Source: Pseudomonadota bacterium (lineage in GTDB: Bacteria; Pseudomonadota; Gammaproteobacteria; UBA12402). Taken from it: a stretch of 64,000 bases of DNA. The notes below the pieces were generated by a model that had not been told where the DNA came from, made no database searches, and saw only the letters and a list, made by a program, of their open reading frames with translations. The position numbers and the translations under genes were made by a program. The stretch spans positions 36,024-100,023 of the forward strand of contig JBCCYM010000001.1 of NCBI GenBank assembly GCA_039190005.1. The letters run 5' to 3'. Position 1 is the stretch's first letter. Each line of letters opens with the position of its first letter. This document shows, one piece after another, positions 29,075 through 39,850 of this stretch.

Positions 29075-30562
29075 ATGAGTGTTTCCGCCTTGTTGCTCAG
29101 TTGCGTTTTTCTCTGGTCAATCTTTGCCTTGATTGTCCATATCGCCTTGCCGCAAACCGCTGATAAAATCCGTCGCGCGGCGCAAACCAGTTTAATCTTG
29201 GTGTGGTTAGTATTGATTGTGAGTTTGCTGGTGATCAATCGGCAAACCATTGTCATCATGTTAGGCGGGTGGGTCGCGCCGTTTGGTATCGCTTTGGTCA
29301 CCGATCAATTAAGCCAAGTGATGATGGTGGTGTTTGCCCTGGTGGCAATGTGTGTCAGTTTTTACAGTTATTGGGATCAAGCGATTGTGAATCGGCAAAA
29401 AGGATTTTATGCCGGTTTTTGGTTATTGTTGCTCGGTGTCTCCGGCGCGGTTTTTACCGCTGATATTTTTAATCTGTATGTGTGGTTTGAGGTGATATTA
29501 GTGAGCGCGTTTATCTTGCTTGCCAGTGGTGATCAATCAAAACCGCACGCGATGATGCACTATGCTTTAATGAATATTACCGGTACCTTATTGATGCTGC
29601 TGGCAATCGCTTTGCTTTACGGTGCTTTTGGTAGTTTAAGTTACGCTGAAATCGCCAATCAGTTAATCCAGGTTCAGCATCCATCCATTTTACCCATTTT
29701 ATGCTTGTTGTTATTCGCTATTGGTTTGAAAGGCGCGGTTTTCCCACTTTATTTTTGGTTACCTAAAGCCTATCCCAAACCGAGTCATTCATCAATGATG
29801 TTACTGTCCAGTTTGGTAACTAAAACGGTGATGGTGGTGTTATTGCGTTTAGTTTGGTTGTGGTCGCCACTGCGTGGTCCATTTTTTACCCATAGTCTGG
29901 TATTCGTGGCCTTAGCTACGATGTTTTTTGGCGTGTTGGGCGCTGCCAGTCAATTCCGCTTTAAAGATATTCTCGCTTTTCATATCGTCAGCCAGCTCGG
30001 TTATATTGTATTAGCGATTGTGTTGCCCTCGGCTTTAGCGATTATTGCCGCGGTTTATTTTATCATTCATAATGTGTTTGTTAAAACCAATCTGTTGATG
30101 GTGGCTAGTATTATCGAACAACATCATGGCAGTGATGGTTTTAAAAAACTGGGGCAGATGTTAAAACAGCATAACTACTTAAGTGTGGTTTTCTTTTTAG
30201 CGGCCATGTCACTGGCGGGTTTTCCACCATTATCCGGTTTTTGGGGAAAATTATTTATTATTAAATCAGCGTTGGACACCCATTTTTATATCAGCGCCGC
30301 TGTCGCCATTATTGTCAGTTTATTTACCTTATATTCGATGATTAAGATTTGGCGTTATGTTTTTTGCGAAAAAGGGCAAACAAGTTGTGGTAAACCATTG
30401 ATGCTGTCGATCTATGTCATTATCGCTATCGCGCCTTTGCTGTTGCTACCTATTTTAATGGGCTTATGGCCGGATGGTATTCTTACATGCTTAAAACCGA
30501 TCTCGGTTCAATTACAACATCCTGAACATTATATTCACTTGGTTTTGCGAGGGCGGTCATGA
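29075..30562 (+). CDS. mrpD: Mrp antiporter subunit D (NuoN/NuoM-like)
   Basis: 495-aa polytopic proton-pumping subunit fold. Confidence 0.8.
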   Translation: MSVSALLLSCVFLWSIFALIVHIALPQTADKIRRAAQTSLILVWLVLIVSLLVINRQTIVIMLGGWVAPFGIALVTDQLSQVMMVVFALVAMCVSFYSYWDQAIVNRQKGFYAGFWLLLLGVSGAVFTADIFNLYVWFEVILVSAFILLASGDQSKPHAMMHYALMNITGTLLMLLAIALLYGAFGSLSYAEIANQLIQVQHPSILPILCLLLFAIGLKGAVFPLYFWLPKAYPKPSHSSMMLLSSLVTKTVMVVLLRLVWLWSPLRGPFFTHSLVFVALATMFFGVLGAASQFRFKDILAFHIVSQLGYIVLAIVLPSALAIIAAVYFIIHNVFVKTNLLMVASIIEQHHGSDGFKKLGQMLKQHNYLSVVFFLAAMSLAGFPPLSGFWGKLFIIKSALDTHFYISAAVAIIVSLFTLYSMIKIWRYVFCEKGQTSCGKPLMLSIYVIIAIAPLLLLPILMGLWPDGILTCLKPISVQLQHPEHYIHLVLRGRS

Positions 30563-31047
30563 GGCTTTGGTGGAAACTTATTTTTTTAGTGTTGATTTGG
30601 TGTGGTTTCAGCAATAACTTTGGGCTTGCCAATATTGGTCTTGGCGTGATTGTGTCATTGGTTTGCGTGTCTATTCTACCAAGCAAACAGCATGATCGCC
30701 CTTATAAGTTTAAGCTATTGCCTTTGATTTCTTTATTAGGCATTATTGCTGTGGAACTGATTGAATCAAGTTTGCTGGTGGCCTGGGATGTGATTACGCC
30801 TAAACATTTAAGCGAACCGAAATTTATTTTGATTGATTTAGCCTGCCGTAATGATGTTGAACGTACCTTGCTCGCTAATATTGTTTCATTAACGCCAGGG
30901 ACTTTATCCGTTGATTTGACTGATGATAAATCAAAATTAAAAGTGCATGTCATGTTCGCGCAACAGCAACAGACAGTGATCGCTTTTATCAAACAGAAAA
31001 TAGAACCGCGAGTGATGAGGATTTTTAATTATGCTGATGATAAATAA
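30559..31047 (+). CDS. mrpE: Mrp antiporter subunit E
   Basis: 162 aa. Overlapping start. Confidence 0.7.
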   Translation: MRLWWKLIFLVLIWCGFSNNFGLANIGLGVIVSLVCVSILPSKQHDRPYKFKLLPLISLLGIIAVELIESSLLVAWDVITPKHLSEPKFILIDLACRNDVERTLLANIVSLTPGTLSVDLTDDKSKLKVHVMFAQQQQTVIAFIKQKIEPRVMRIFNYADDK

Positions 31048-31312
31048 TATATTACAAGTGTCAGCCATTTTATGTGTATTGATGGCGGTACTGTTAACCT
31101 TACTTGCTGTGTGGCGTTTTGCTGATATTTTAGTCAAGTTGGTCGCGCTCGAAGTCCTGGTGAATTTGTTTATTTGTGGTGTGGGTATTTGGGCACTGCA
31201 TATCCATTTTTCGGCATTGTTAGATATATGCATCGCGTTGTCATTGATTATGTTTCTCAGCACGGTGGCTTATTTGCAGTTTTTAGTTAAAAGGAAACCC
31301 GACAATGCTTGA
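31031..31312 (+). CDS. mrpF: Mrp antiporter subunit F
   Basis: 93 aa, 3 TM. Confidence 0.65.
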   Translation: MLMINNILQVSAILCVLMAVLLTLLAVWRFADILVKLVALEVLVNLFICGVGIWALHIHFSALLDICIALSLIMFLSTVAYLQFLVKRKPDNA

Positions 31313-31586
31313 TGTATTCGGCAACCTGTTACTTTTTATCGGCGCGCTATTTGCGTTGATTGCCGCTATTGGTTTGTATCGTTTGCCCGGACTCTATTTG
31401 AAAATGCACGCTGCCACAAAAGCCGGCACATTAGGCACTGGATTGATTTTGCTGGGTGTCGCCATACAACTTCGCAATTTGCATACCTTAACGGAGGTGA
31501 TATTATTAGTGTTATTTATCAGTATTACCAATCCGATCAGTGCGCATTTAATTGCTAAAGTGAATTTGGCGATTAAGAAGGCTTAG
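31305..31586 (+). CDS. mrpG: Mrp antiporter subunit G
   Basis: 93 aa. Last gene of the operon. Confidence 0.65.
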   Translation: MLDVFGNLLLFIGALFALIAAIGLYRLPGLYLKMHAATKAGTLGTGLILLGVAIQLRNLHTLTEVILLVLFISITNPISAHLIAKVNLAIKKA

Positions 31587-31628
31587 ATTGAATGATGAAT
31601 AATCATAAACATTAAGCATTTAAAAACA

Positions 31629-32894
31629 ATGACTTTGCCTAAAAAAAATACAACACCAAATTTAACCACCAAGATTTTAATCGGCATGATCGCCGGCGTG
31701 ATTGTCGGATTATTATTACGACTATTGCCTCAAACCAGTATGTTGCATGTCGTGTTAGTCAATCATATCTTCGACACCATTGGCAGTATTTTTATCAAGC
31801 TGATGAAAATGTTAGTTGTACCCTTGGTATTTGTTTCACTGGTTTGCGGGGTGACCACCTTAAATAGCGGTAAAACCTTGGGGCGGATAGGTCTGAAAGC
31901 TATTTCACTGTATATTTTTACTACAGCAGTGGCCATTTCAATGGCATTACTTGTTGCGACACTCTTGCACATCGGCAGCGATGTCACCCTGACATCCAGC
32001 AGTCATGTTTATGCGATGCACAATGAGCATCCCACACTTAAAACCATGCTCTTGAGTTTGATTCCAGAAAATCCGGTGGCGGCACTGGTGAAAGGCGATA
32101 TGATACAGATTATTGTCTTTGCCTTATTATTTGGTATCGCTTTATCCATATTAGGGCAAAGCGGGAAAAAATTGGTCGATATTTTTCAGGTCGCCAATGA
32201 GGTGTTTATTAAACTCATTCTGCTGATCATGTCGATCGCGCCGTATGCGGTATTTTGTCTAATTGCCAAAGTATTCGCGCAGATCGGTTTTGATCTGATT
32301 GTTCAGCTTTTGGTGTATTTCATCACCATTATTGCCGTACTGTGCTTGCAATTGATATTGACATACGGTTTATTGCTGGCAGCTTTTGCCCGCTATAATA
32401 TCTTTGCCTTTGTCAAAAAAATTCTGCCAGCCATGTTATTCGCCTTCAGTACTTCAAGCAGCAACGCGACGATTCCAGTGACCTTGGAGACTATGGTGGA
32501 TCGTTTGCGGGTTAAAAATAGTATAGCCGCGTTTACTGTGCCACTGGGCGCGACCATTAATATGGATGGTACCGCGATTATGCAGGGCGTCGCGACGGTG
32601 TTTATTGCTAATATTTATCACATTCCACTAAATATTTGGCAATTGATGGCCGTGGTGTTAACCGCGACACTCGCGTCTATCGGCGCTGCTGGTGTGCCTG
32701 GCACCGGCATGTTCACACTGATTATGGTATTAAAACAAGCAGGATTGCCAACTGAGGGGATTGCCTTAATTATTGGTGTCGACCGCCTGTTGGATATGAC
32801 TCGCTCCGCGATTAATGTCAGCGGTGATTGTGTGATCACTTATATTATTGCTAAAAGTGAAAAAGCAATAGCGGCACTGTCAAATACTAAATGA
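31629..32894 (+). CDS. Dicarboxylate/amino acid:cation symporter (GltP/DctA family)
   Basis: 421 aa. Characteristic reentrant-loop segments ([14 protein letters not shown]...[16 protein letters not shown]). Confidence 0.8.
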   Translation: MTLPKKNTTPNLTTKILIGMIAGVIVGLLLRLLPQTSMLHVVLVNHIFDTIGSIFIKLMKMLVVPLVFVSLVCGVTTLNSGKTLGRIGLKAISLYIFTTAVAISMALLVATLLHIGSDVTLTSSSHVYAMHNEHPTLKTMLLSLIPENPVAALVKGDMIQIIVFALLFGIALSILGQSGKKLVDIFQVANEVFIKLILLIMSIAPYAVFCLIAKVFAQIGFDLIVQLLVYFITIIAVLCLQLILTYGLLLAAFARYNIFAFVKKILPAMLFAFSTSSSNATIPVTLETMVDRLRVKNSIAAFTVPLGATINMDGTAIMQGVATVFIANIYHIPLNIWQLMAVVLTATLASIGAAGVPGTGMFTLIMVLKQAGLPTEGIALIIGVDRLLDMTRSAINVSGDCVITYIIAKSEKAIAALSNTK

Positions 32895-33266
32895 CGAACC
32901 ACAACCACAGGTGGTTTTGGCATTGGGGTTATTGATGATAAACTGCGAGCCCTGTAAATCTTCTTTGTAATCAATGGTGGCGCCAATGAGATAAGCAAAG
33001 CTCATCGAATCGATTAATAGCAATACTTCTTGTTTATTTTCGCCATCACCAACGGTTTTTTTAATGACAACATCGTCGGCATTTTGATCTTCATCAAAGG
33101 TAAAGCCGTATTGAAAACCGGAACAACCGCCACCGGTGATAAATACCCGTAGTTTTAGCTTGGGATTGTTTTCTTCGTTAATTAATTCAGCTGTTTTGTT
33201 GGCAGCCGCTTCAGAAAAAGTGATGGGATCTTTAGCAACGCCGCCTTGTTGTGTACCTTGGTGCAT
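32880..33266 (-). CDS. erpA: Fe-S cluster insertion protein (A-type carrier, ErpA/IscA family)
   Basis: HesB-fold with conserved Cys: GGGCSGFQY ... C-terminal CGCGSSF. 128 aa. Confidence 0.8.
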   Translation of the reverse strand: MHQGTQQGGVAKDPITFSEAAANKTAELINEENNPKLKLRVFITGGGCSGFQYGFTFDEDQNADDVVIKKTVGDGENKQEVLLLIDSMSFAYLIGATIDYKEDLQGSQFIINNPNAKTTCGCGSSFSI

Positions 33267-33446
33267 AATGGTTTCTCTGTTTTTGTAATATTGTACTATT
33301 TACATGCGGCAAAAACAAGGTAGTGTTCACATTTGAGAAATGCCATTAGGTAGAGAGACTTAAACACTTTAAGGAAAGTGATGCTTGCATTTAACACATG
33401 TACGAAACATTTTCCTGAACGCAGAGAGTCCTCTTATTTGGTCCTG

Positions 33447-36400
33447 CTAACTCTCTGATTGTTCTAATAATGCACCGGTTCCAAAACATGTCCAGATGAT
33501 TACTATTAATGATAATAAATAGTCAGAAGCCACCTCTGGATCTTCTGCGTCTGAAATAAAAGGTGTATAAGAAGTGAACTGCCCGGTGATCTTCGCCATG
33601 GTAAAAAGGAGATCAGATACAGATGGATTAGATTTATTACAGAATGAGATGATGTTTAGCACAATTTGTATCGATTCACGGCAAATATTCCATTGCTGTA
33701 AAAAACTCAATGTTGTCTCTAAATCATCCATTGTTGCAAAAATACGTATTGTTTTATTCATAACATCACTCCAATGAAGAAATAACGAATAATCATATAA
33801 TAGGCTATTTAGATTTAAATTTTCATATGTTTGAATAAATTCAACAGTAACACGAACCCATTTAATCATGATTCTTAAAACTGCCAAAATTTTGTAAGAT
33901 TTTCTAAATGCCCAAGTTGTATTTTCAATCGTGCGACACCCGTAAATGATCAATTCTATCATAATGTCATCATTGCATGCGCTACCCGATTGAGCCAGTG
34001 ATGACGTTTTTTTTGAAGATGACAATTGATCATTGGAATAATTTGGTAAAGTACATTGATTTGTACACTTGCCATTTTCAATTAAATAAGCAACACAGTA
34101 GAATGTCGCAGCCAAAAAACTCGCTAAATCTATAACTGGAGGACCTTTTGGTAATAAATCGACTTTTCCATTGGTGACCTTTTTGATAAATTCAAATGTT
34201 AACACAAGTGGTATAGGCAGTACTGCCAGCAAAGCTGGTAATTCTAACACATTGCTTATAAATGAAGACAATTCATCGGCGGCAATCGTGCCAAATTGAC
34301 GCACGGCATCAGCACTGTTACTTAATATAATGTCAACACTATTTTGCATACCCTGAAAAACACTAATTAATATATCAGGAAAGTTGGGAATATTAATAAT
34401 TGTATTAACAAGTGTATTGACAATATTTTCACTCTCTTGAGTAAGTGTATTCGTTATATCATCACTAATATTTGTCATCGCAGTGGTAACAGATGTTGGC
34501 ACATCAAAAGTAGCATTCAGTCCTTCAGCCACTAGCTTTTCGATCAACGATAAAATTTTATTAACTAGATGAAATAAAAAAGAAACCATATGAGATAAAA
34601 AACCATTACCATTAAATAAGTTAACACTCGCCGGTGGCGAAGTGGTTTTTTCAAGGTTGTTAATTAATGATTGTACACTGTTATCAAATTTGCTTTGAAT
34701 GCTTGTTATACCACTCGCAACTACATCTGCCTCGTTAACTAGACCGTTCTGTATGGCACTTGTAGTGAAATAACTCTTAAAGATAGGTTTCATCTGATTA
34801 GCAACCTCGGCAATATCAACAAAAAATTGCGCTAGTTCAATCAACAGTAAAACCTCAACAACAATTAAAATTTCAGGAAACACAATCAGTAAGACAGCCT
34901 TTAAACAAAAATCAATGGCATGTTCTAAGAATGGGCATGATTGCAATCCAGGTATTTCCAGACTATCACTTAACATAAAATGTAAGATTTCTGGTGCAAC
35001 ACTGTGTGATATCTTATGAATAAGATCACCCAGACGGTGAAACAAGCCACAGCCAGTGCTCCCTAAGAGTTGGTTGCTCATTTGTGTACTTTGATTACTA
35101 GAAAGCATGGTCGTAATCTGTTTTTGGCTGGGATCAAAGCTCCAGGTATAGTTTTCATACGGATTAAAACCATCAGGATATTTTGTTGTCGTTGGCTTAG
35201 CTGGTATGAGTGACGCGGCATAATTTAACGGATCAATACTATTACTGGTAGTTGCATTATTAACACCCTGGATATCAAACTGTGTTGGTTGTTCCTGAGT
35301 TTTAGTAGCTGCATTTCTAATGAATCGGCTCATCGCTGTATCACCAGCACTTGGATTACTAGTATCATTGGTATTAACATATTTGGAATTATAGTTAAAT
35401 CCCTGTTGATGAACAGCTGAGGTATTGGTGTAAGTAAATGTGCCACTTGAGTCCTGATAAGTTGAACGTTGTTGAGCACCCAATGATAAAGGAGAGACTG
35501 CCCATTGGGTTACTGCGCCATTATTTGTGGTGCTATCATCGTCTGCTGCACTACTGTTAAATTTCTGCAAAAATGCCTGTTCTGCTTTGTTGATTAAGAA
35601 TTGCTTTACATCGATGATTCTCAAAAACAAACTACAATGTAGTCGACCTCGGGCAGGCACTCTTAACACTAATTTACCGGAGTACTGATTTACTGGTAAT
35701 AACGCCGATGTGGTGCGATTAATTAAATGATACGAACGCGTGTGATCGCAAAGAATCTTCAATGCAGTGGCTGAGCGTATCTCAATTAATTGGGTGGAAC
35801 TCAGCTGTACCGGATTGCCATACACATTTGTCGGGGTAATCTCAGTATGGTAAAAACACTCATCCGCCACCACAACATTTGATACGTTAGTCTGCGATGA
35901 CCAAATCACTGTATTAGTTTTATCCCTGATGGCTAGACCACCATCATCGGATGCTTGGAGATAAAAAAGAGAGTTAGGAGAGGGCGTGAAACTACTATCA
36001 TCGTCGGATGGTGTCCAAATATCAGTACCATCATCGTCACGGAGTACTAAATTACCATCAGCTTGAAAATATAGCTTTCGTGCAAGCGCATCTGTTGATG
36101 AACTACATGTGGAAGTCTTACTATCCCATACATTAGTCCAATCACTACTGCCTACTTTTTTCTGCCATACTAGCTTGCCTAGATTACTAGTATCACTTTC
36201 CGATGTTATTATCAATAGTCGATAATAAGTATCATTCTCCCCTGGCACTATAATACTTTTACCATCACTTAATAGCAGTTGTTCTGTGCTATTATCCGGG
36301 CTTGAACCACTAAAACACCGCGCATTTTCAAAACCATCCATTTGGATGACAAACTGTTCTTCTTGCCAACTCGACTCCATCATTTTGTTATAACAAATAC

Positions 36401-38804
36401 TTGCACATATTTTATTGGTCTGAGTATTTTTATTAATATAAATGTATTCAGAATCATGCGAAAAGCGATTTAATGCATAAAAAGCTAAATAATCATCACC
36501 TAAAGATGAAGCATCATAATAATTACCTTGTGGTTTTGGTTTGCCACCTTCACCTGTTCCTACGCTCCAAGTTGTTTCATTAAGGTTCGTGTCCCAAATA
36601 ATAAGATTTCCTGATGATTGCAAATAAAATACATTAGTAGATTCACCATCATTACCATTTGACCAAACGGCTTTTCCTGAGCTGTTATACACTACCAAAC
36701 TTCCATTACTATGAAACATTAGTTTGACACCACCTTTGTTTGCAATATTAGCAGACCAAATTACTGTCCCATAATTAGAAGATTCACCAGTATGGTTATA
36801 TAACACCAGATTCTCATCACTTTCCTGTAAAATCAACAGGTAGGAATTGCCATTAGTAGTGTTTTTGGTCAAGATACTTTGACCAGAGGTTAGCACTGTA
36901 CTATTAGGCTTAAACTCTAGCGAACCATCGCCAGGTGCCTGATAAGAAAATGCCGGTACAGCAATACCATAACCTGACAATGTCGTTGTTATTGGTGTGC
37001 CGTATTTACTCTCATTAGAATTTTGAATTTGTTGACGCAATACACACAAATTTCCTTTGGAGTCTGAACAGTAAAAACGAAATAATCGCTGTATGCCAGT
37101 ATTAGAAAAATAACGCCCATATTTACTGCAACCACCATATAAGGTACTTTTTTTAAGTGGATTATCTTCATTTACCTCAACAGGAAAAGCAAAATCTTGT
37201 TTAGCAATATACCATCCGCCATCAATCTTACCTTGTGAATTAGTATTGGTAAGAATAGCTAATATACCACTGTGTAAAACAGTCATTAATGCAACTTTAC
37301 CTGCGTCACTACTAATTTGATATACTTTCACTAAATCAGCAATCGCATTATTAATTTGAACATAGTTCGTAATATTACTGCTGTTAATATGTAAAGTTTG
37401 CTTTCCATTTAAATAGTAAGCGACGCCTTGTGATGACGTTTTTTTTGAGACAGTATTACTAGAAATAGTCAACTTACCTGAGCGCTTGCTGTTGTTACAA
37501 ATAACAGCTAAATCCAGTGCCACACTTTGAAAAGGCTGCGAGCTAGTGAGATCAAATCCACTTATATTTAATAAATTAATACCCGAAGTGTAGGTCGCCG
37601 TATCAGTGGCATAAATAACTTCAATGGGTACAATATGAACACTACCTTGTAAGTCGGTATAAATTAAAAAATGCGGAGCAAGAGGGGTATTACCATTTTG
37701 GGTCTTAACAGAACAATTTATAAGGAACAATCCTTGCCCATTGATATCGTAATAGGTTCTTACATCGATTTTTAAGTTAGGTTGATTAGATATTTGTTGA
37801 GCAAATATATCATAAAGGGGTAAAATTTTCCAATCGCCTATGGTGGATTGCTTCTCAGCTGATAAAGAATCCTGTAATTCCAGTGATACCTCGGCACTAC
37901 AGGTCTTCACTAATAGGTAATACTGCTTCGATGATGCGCCAGCAACAAAAACTGACCAAGCACCATAGATGGATAATCCAGTGTCATTATTACTATCAGA
38001 CTGAACTTGATTGGTTTGCGAATGAGTAATGGCTTCTATACAGGGGACATTCGTGTCTTGGAAAGTCAGGCCATATTTAAACGTATAACCATTACTCGCA
38101 TTAATCAATAACTCTTGGAAACCTTGCGTTACTGAATCACCTTTCTCTGCTCGAGAAGTTTGTTGTTGGTGACGAAAATAAGTCAAACCATTTAAATCCG
38201 ACTGATCATTCGGATTCAACTGCATAAAATGAGAAAACTGGATAAATTCAATCGGACCATAGTGATAGCCAATATCAGCAAAAGTATTTTCCAAAGGTGT
38301 ACTATCCTCCTCATCAACACCAATCAACTGACTTTGTATCTTAGGTAGTGGTTGAAATCCTTCTAACACCGCGTGCAAATTTTGGTAATTGCCACTCGTT
38401 TCTACTGGGCCAGTAATCGCCGGCACAGCATTGTGAGTGACATCACGAAACAGTTCACCATTAAGTGTTAAGCCACCAGGCGTTTGCAAGCTAGCCATGC
38501 TTTGAGCGGTCAAACCCACCTCTTTAGGATCCACATGCAACGCTTTATCCACCTGTCCCCAAGCAGTGGGGATTAATCCGCTTTTTACCAAACCGGCAAA
38601 CAGACCAACTTTGGCGGAGCCTTTTAAAAACTGACGTCGAGAGACTAATAAATCGAAGGCTTTTAATTCTTTTTCGCGAATGTTGTCATCTTCGATGACA
38701 TGTTTGAGCCGTTGGGATAATTTTTCACGCACCTGTTTGAATGAACGGATTTTTTTCTTTTTTTGTTGGTAAGCGTTCGATTTTGATTTTTTATCAGATA
38801 CCAT
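33447..38804 (-). CDS. Giant (1785 aa) Tat-signal secreted protein with two bulb-type (B-) lectin domains and a hydrophobic helical C-terminal region
   Basis: Strong RBS (AAAGGGGGACTC-ATG). Twin-arginine motif SRRQFLKGSAKVGLFAGL after a 54-aa basic n-region. Two MMBL lectin domains with Q-x-D-x-N-x-V-x-Y repeats (QESDENLVLYN / HSNGSLVVYN / QSSGNLIIWD and QADGNLVLRD / QASDDGGLAIRD). A long S/T/N/Q-rich linker. A C-terminal region of about 550 aa rich in amphipathic/hydrophobic helices. Starts 18 nt after tatC. Confidence 0.75.
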   Translation of the reverse strand: MVSDKKSKSNAYQQKKKKIRSFKQVREKLSQRLKHVIEDDNIREKELKAFDLLVSRRQFLKGSAKVGLFAGLVKSGLIPTAWGQVDKALHVDPKEVGLTAQSMASLQTPGGLTLNGELFRDVTHNAVPAITGPVETSGNYQNLHAVLEGFQPLPKIQSQLIGVDEEDSTPLENTFADIGYHYGPIEFIQFSHFMQLNPNDQSDLNGLTYFRHQQQTSRAEKGDSVTQGFQELLINASNGYTFKYGLTFQDTNVPCIEAITHSQTNQVQSDSNNDTGLSIYGAWSVFVAGASSKQYYLLVKTCSAEVSLELQDSLSAEKQSTIGDWKILPLYDIFAQQISNQPNLKIDVRTYYDINGQGLFLINCSVKTQNGNTPLAPHFLIYTDLQGSVHIVPIEVIYATDTATYTSGINLLNISGFDLTSSQPFQSVALDLAVICNNSKRSGKLTISSNTVSKKTSSQGVAYYLNGKQTLHINSSNITNYVQINNAIADLVKVYQISSDAGKVALMTVLHSGILAILTNTNSQGKIDGGWYIAKQDFAFPVEVNEDNPLKKSTLYGGCSKYGRYFSNTGIQRLFRFYCSDSKGNLCVLRQQIQNSNESKYGTPITTTLSGYGIAVPAFSYQAPGDGSLEFKPNSTVLTSGQSILTKNTTNGNSYLLILQESDENLVLYNHTGESSNYGTVIWSANIANKGGVKLMFHSNGSLVVYNSSGKAVWSNGNDGESTNVFYLQSSGNLIIWDTNLNETTWSVGTGEGGKPKPQGNYYDASSLGDDYLAFYALNRFSHDSEYIYINKNTQTNKICASICYNKMMESSWQEEQFVIQMDGFENARCFSGSSPDNSTEQLLLSDGKSIIVPGENDTYYRLLIITSESDTSNLGKLVWQKKVGSSDWTNVWDSKTSTCSSSTDALARKLYFQADGNLVLRDDDGTDIWTPSDDDSSFTPSPNSLFYLQASDDGGLAIRDKTNTVIWSSQTNVSNVVVADECFYHTEITPTNVYGNPVQLSSTQLIEIRSATALKILCDHTRSYHLINRTTSALLPVNQYSGKLVLRVPARGRLHCSLFLRIIDVKQFLINKAEQAFLQKFNSSAADDDSTTNNGAVTQWAVSPLSLGAQQRSTYQDSSGTFTYTNTSAVHQQGFNYNSKYVNTNDTSNPSAGDTAMSRFIRNAATKTQEQPTQFDIQGVNNATTSNSIDPLNYAASLIPAKPTTTKYPDGFNPYENYTWSFDPSQKQITTMLSSNQSTQMSNQLLGSTGCGLFHRLGDLIHKISHSVAPEILHFMLSDSLEIPGLQSCPFLEHAIDFCLKAVLLIVFPEILIVVEVLLLIELAQFFVDIAEVANQMKPIFKSYFTTSAIQNGLVNEADVVASGITSIQSKFDNSVQSLINNLEKTTSPPASVNLFNGNGFLSHMVSFLFHLVNKILSLIEKLVAEGLNATFDVPTSVTTAMTNISDDITNTLTQESENIVNTLVNTIINIPNFPDILISVFQGMQNSVDIILSNSADAVRQFGTIAADELSSFISNVLELPALLAVLPIPLVLTFEFIKKVTNGKVDLLPKGPPVIDLASFLAATFYCVAYLIENGKCTNQCTLPNYSNDQLSSSKKTSSLAQSGSACNDDIMIELIIYGCRTIENTTWAFRKSYKILAVLRIMIKWVRVTVEFIQTYENLNLNSLLYDYSLFLHWSDVMNKTIRIFATMDDLETTLSFLQQWNICRESIQIVLNIISFCNKSNPSVSDLLFTMAKITGQFTSYTPFISDAEDPEVASDYLLSLIVIIWTCFGTGALLEQSES

Positions 38805-38822
38805 GAGTCCCCCTTTATAAGA

Positions 38823-39581
38823 TTAAACCTCATCACCTACTTCATTGATGATGTTTTTTGGTTTCTCTGCCAATAATCTTGCCAGTAATAAACCGATCTC
38901 GAATAAGAGATACATTGGCAATGCCACTAAGGTTTGGCAAACCACTTCGGGTGGGGCGACAAACATGGCGACAATAAAACAGCCGACAAACATATAACGT
39001 CGTTTCTCAGCCAATTGTTTGCGGCTGACAATGCCCAGGCTGACAATTAATAAGACGATCACCGGCATTTCAAATACCAAACCTACCGCGACAGACAGCG
39101 TTAACAGGAAATTGACGTAGTGATGAATGTCAGTCATGAATTCAACACCCGGCGGTGTTTTGGCAATAAAGAAATGAAATGTCATGGGGCATAAGACAAA
39201 GTAGGTGACGGTCATGCCTAAATAAAATAAAACGGTACTAAAAAAAGCGACCACGCCAAATAGAATGCGCTCGCGACGATAAAGTGCCGGGGCGATAAAT
39301 CCCCACACCTGAAAAATCATAAAAGGCAGGCAAATTAACAGTGATAACACAAAAATGAGTTTGAGCGGTGCGGTGAAAGGCGACATGATGGTTGTCGCAA
39401 TCATGTGGCTGCCTTTGGGCATTACTTTTAATAAAGGCAATGCCATGTAGTGGTAGATCGTTGAAGCGAAAGGGTAGAAGCCGATAAACGCAATCGCTAA
39501 GAACAGCAGTATCCAGATAACCCGCCGTCGAATTTCGGCAAGATGGTCAGTAAGCGCTAATGTGTTAGCATGGGCTGACAT
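38823..39581 (-). CDS. tatC: Sec-independent translocase subunit TatC
   Basis: 252 aa with 6 TM. N-terminal LTDHLAEIRRRVI is TatC-typical. Confidence 0.9.
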   Translation of the reverse strand: MSAHANTLALTDHLAEIRRRVIWILLFLAIAFIGFYPFASTIYHYMALPLLKVMPKGSHMIATTIMSPFTAPLKLIFVLSLLICLPFMIFQVWGFIAPALYRRERILFGVVAFFSTVLFYLGMTVTYFVLCPMTFHFFIAKTPPGVEFMTDIHHYVNFLLTLSVAVGLVFEMPVIVLLIVSLGIVSRKQLAEKRRYMFVGCFIVAMFVAPPEVVCQTLVALPMYLLFEIGLLLARLLAEKPKNIINEVGDEV

Positions 39582-39602
39582 TGTGTCATAATCACTTATA
39601 AA

Positions 39603-39797
39603 TTACTTATGAGTAACTTTTGCGAGCTCGCCATGTAAACCTAGATCTCTTTCAAGACCTTGGCGCACATCGGTCATGAACGCTTTAGTTCGATTGACAT
39701 ATAACATGATTTGACGTAATACGCCAGGTAGTTTGTTAGGTCCCAGTACTAATAAAGCCAATAAACATACCATTAAAATTTCGCCACTACTAAACAT
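39603..39797 (-). CDS. tatB: TatB-like (short TatA/B family) subunit
   Basis: 64 aa. N-terminal TM helix + hinge LVLGPNKLP + amphipathic helix. Positioned between tatA and tatC. Confidence 0.6.
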   Translation of the reverse strand: MFSSGEILMVCLLALLVLGPNKLPGVLRQIMLYVNRTKAFMTDVRQGLERDLGLHGELAKVTHK

Positions 39798-39850
39798 TTA
39801 ATTTGCCCTCGTAAAAATGTTGAATGTCTTACTGTTGATTATATCCATTT

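Noticed and set aside
33574-33777. Antisense small ORFs inside the giant gene (also 36989-37171) and inside ftsA, ftsZ, secA, mrpA, glmS and topA
   Set aside because: They are embedded opposite long well-supported CDSs, with no independent support.
39603-39797. Considered calling the 64-aa ORF a second tatA or tatE paralogue rather than tatB
   Set aside because: It is kept as TatB-like because of its position between tatA and tatC and its conserved hinge. It is very short, however, so the assignment is tentative and not a separate finding.
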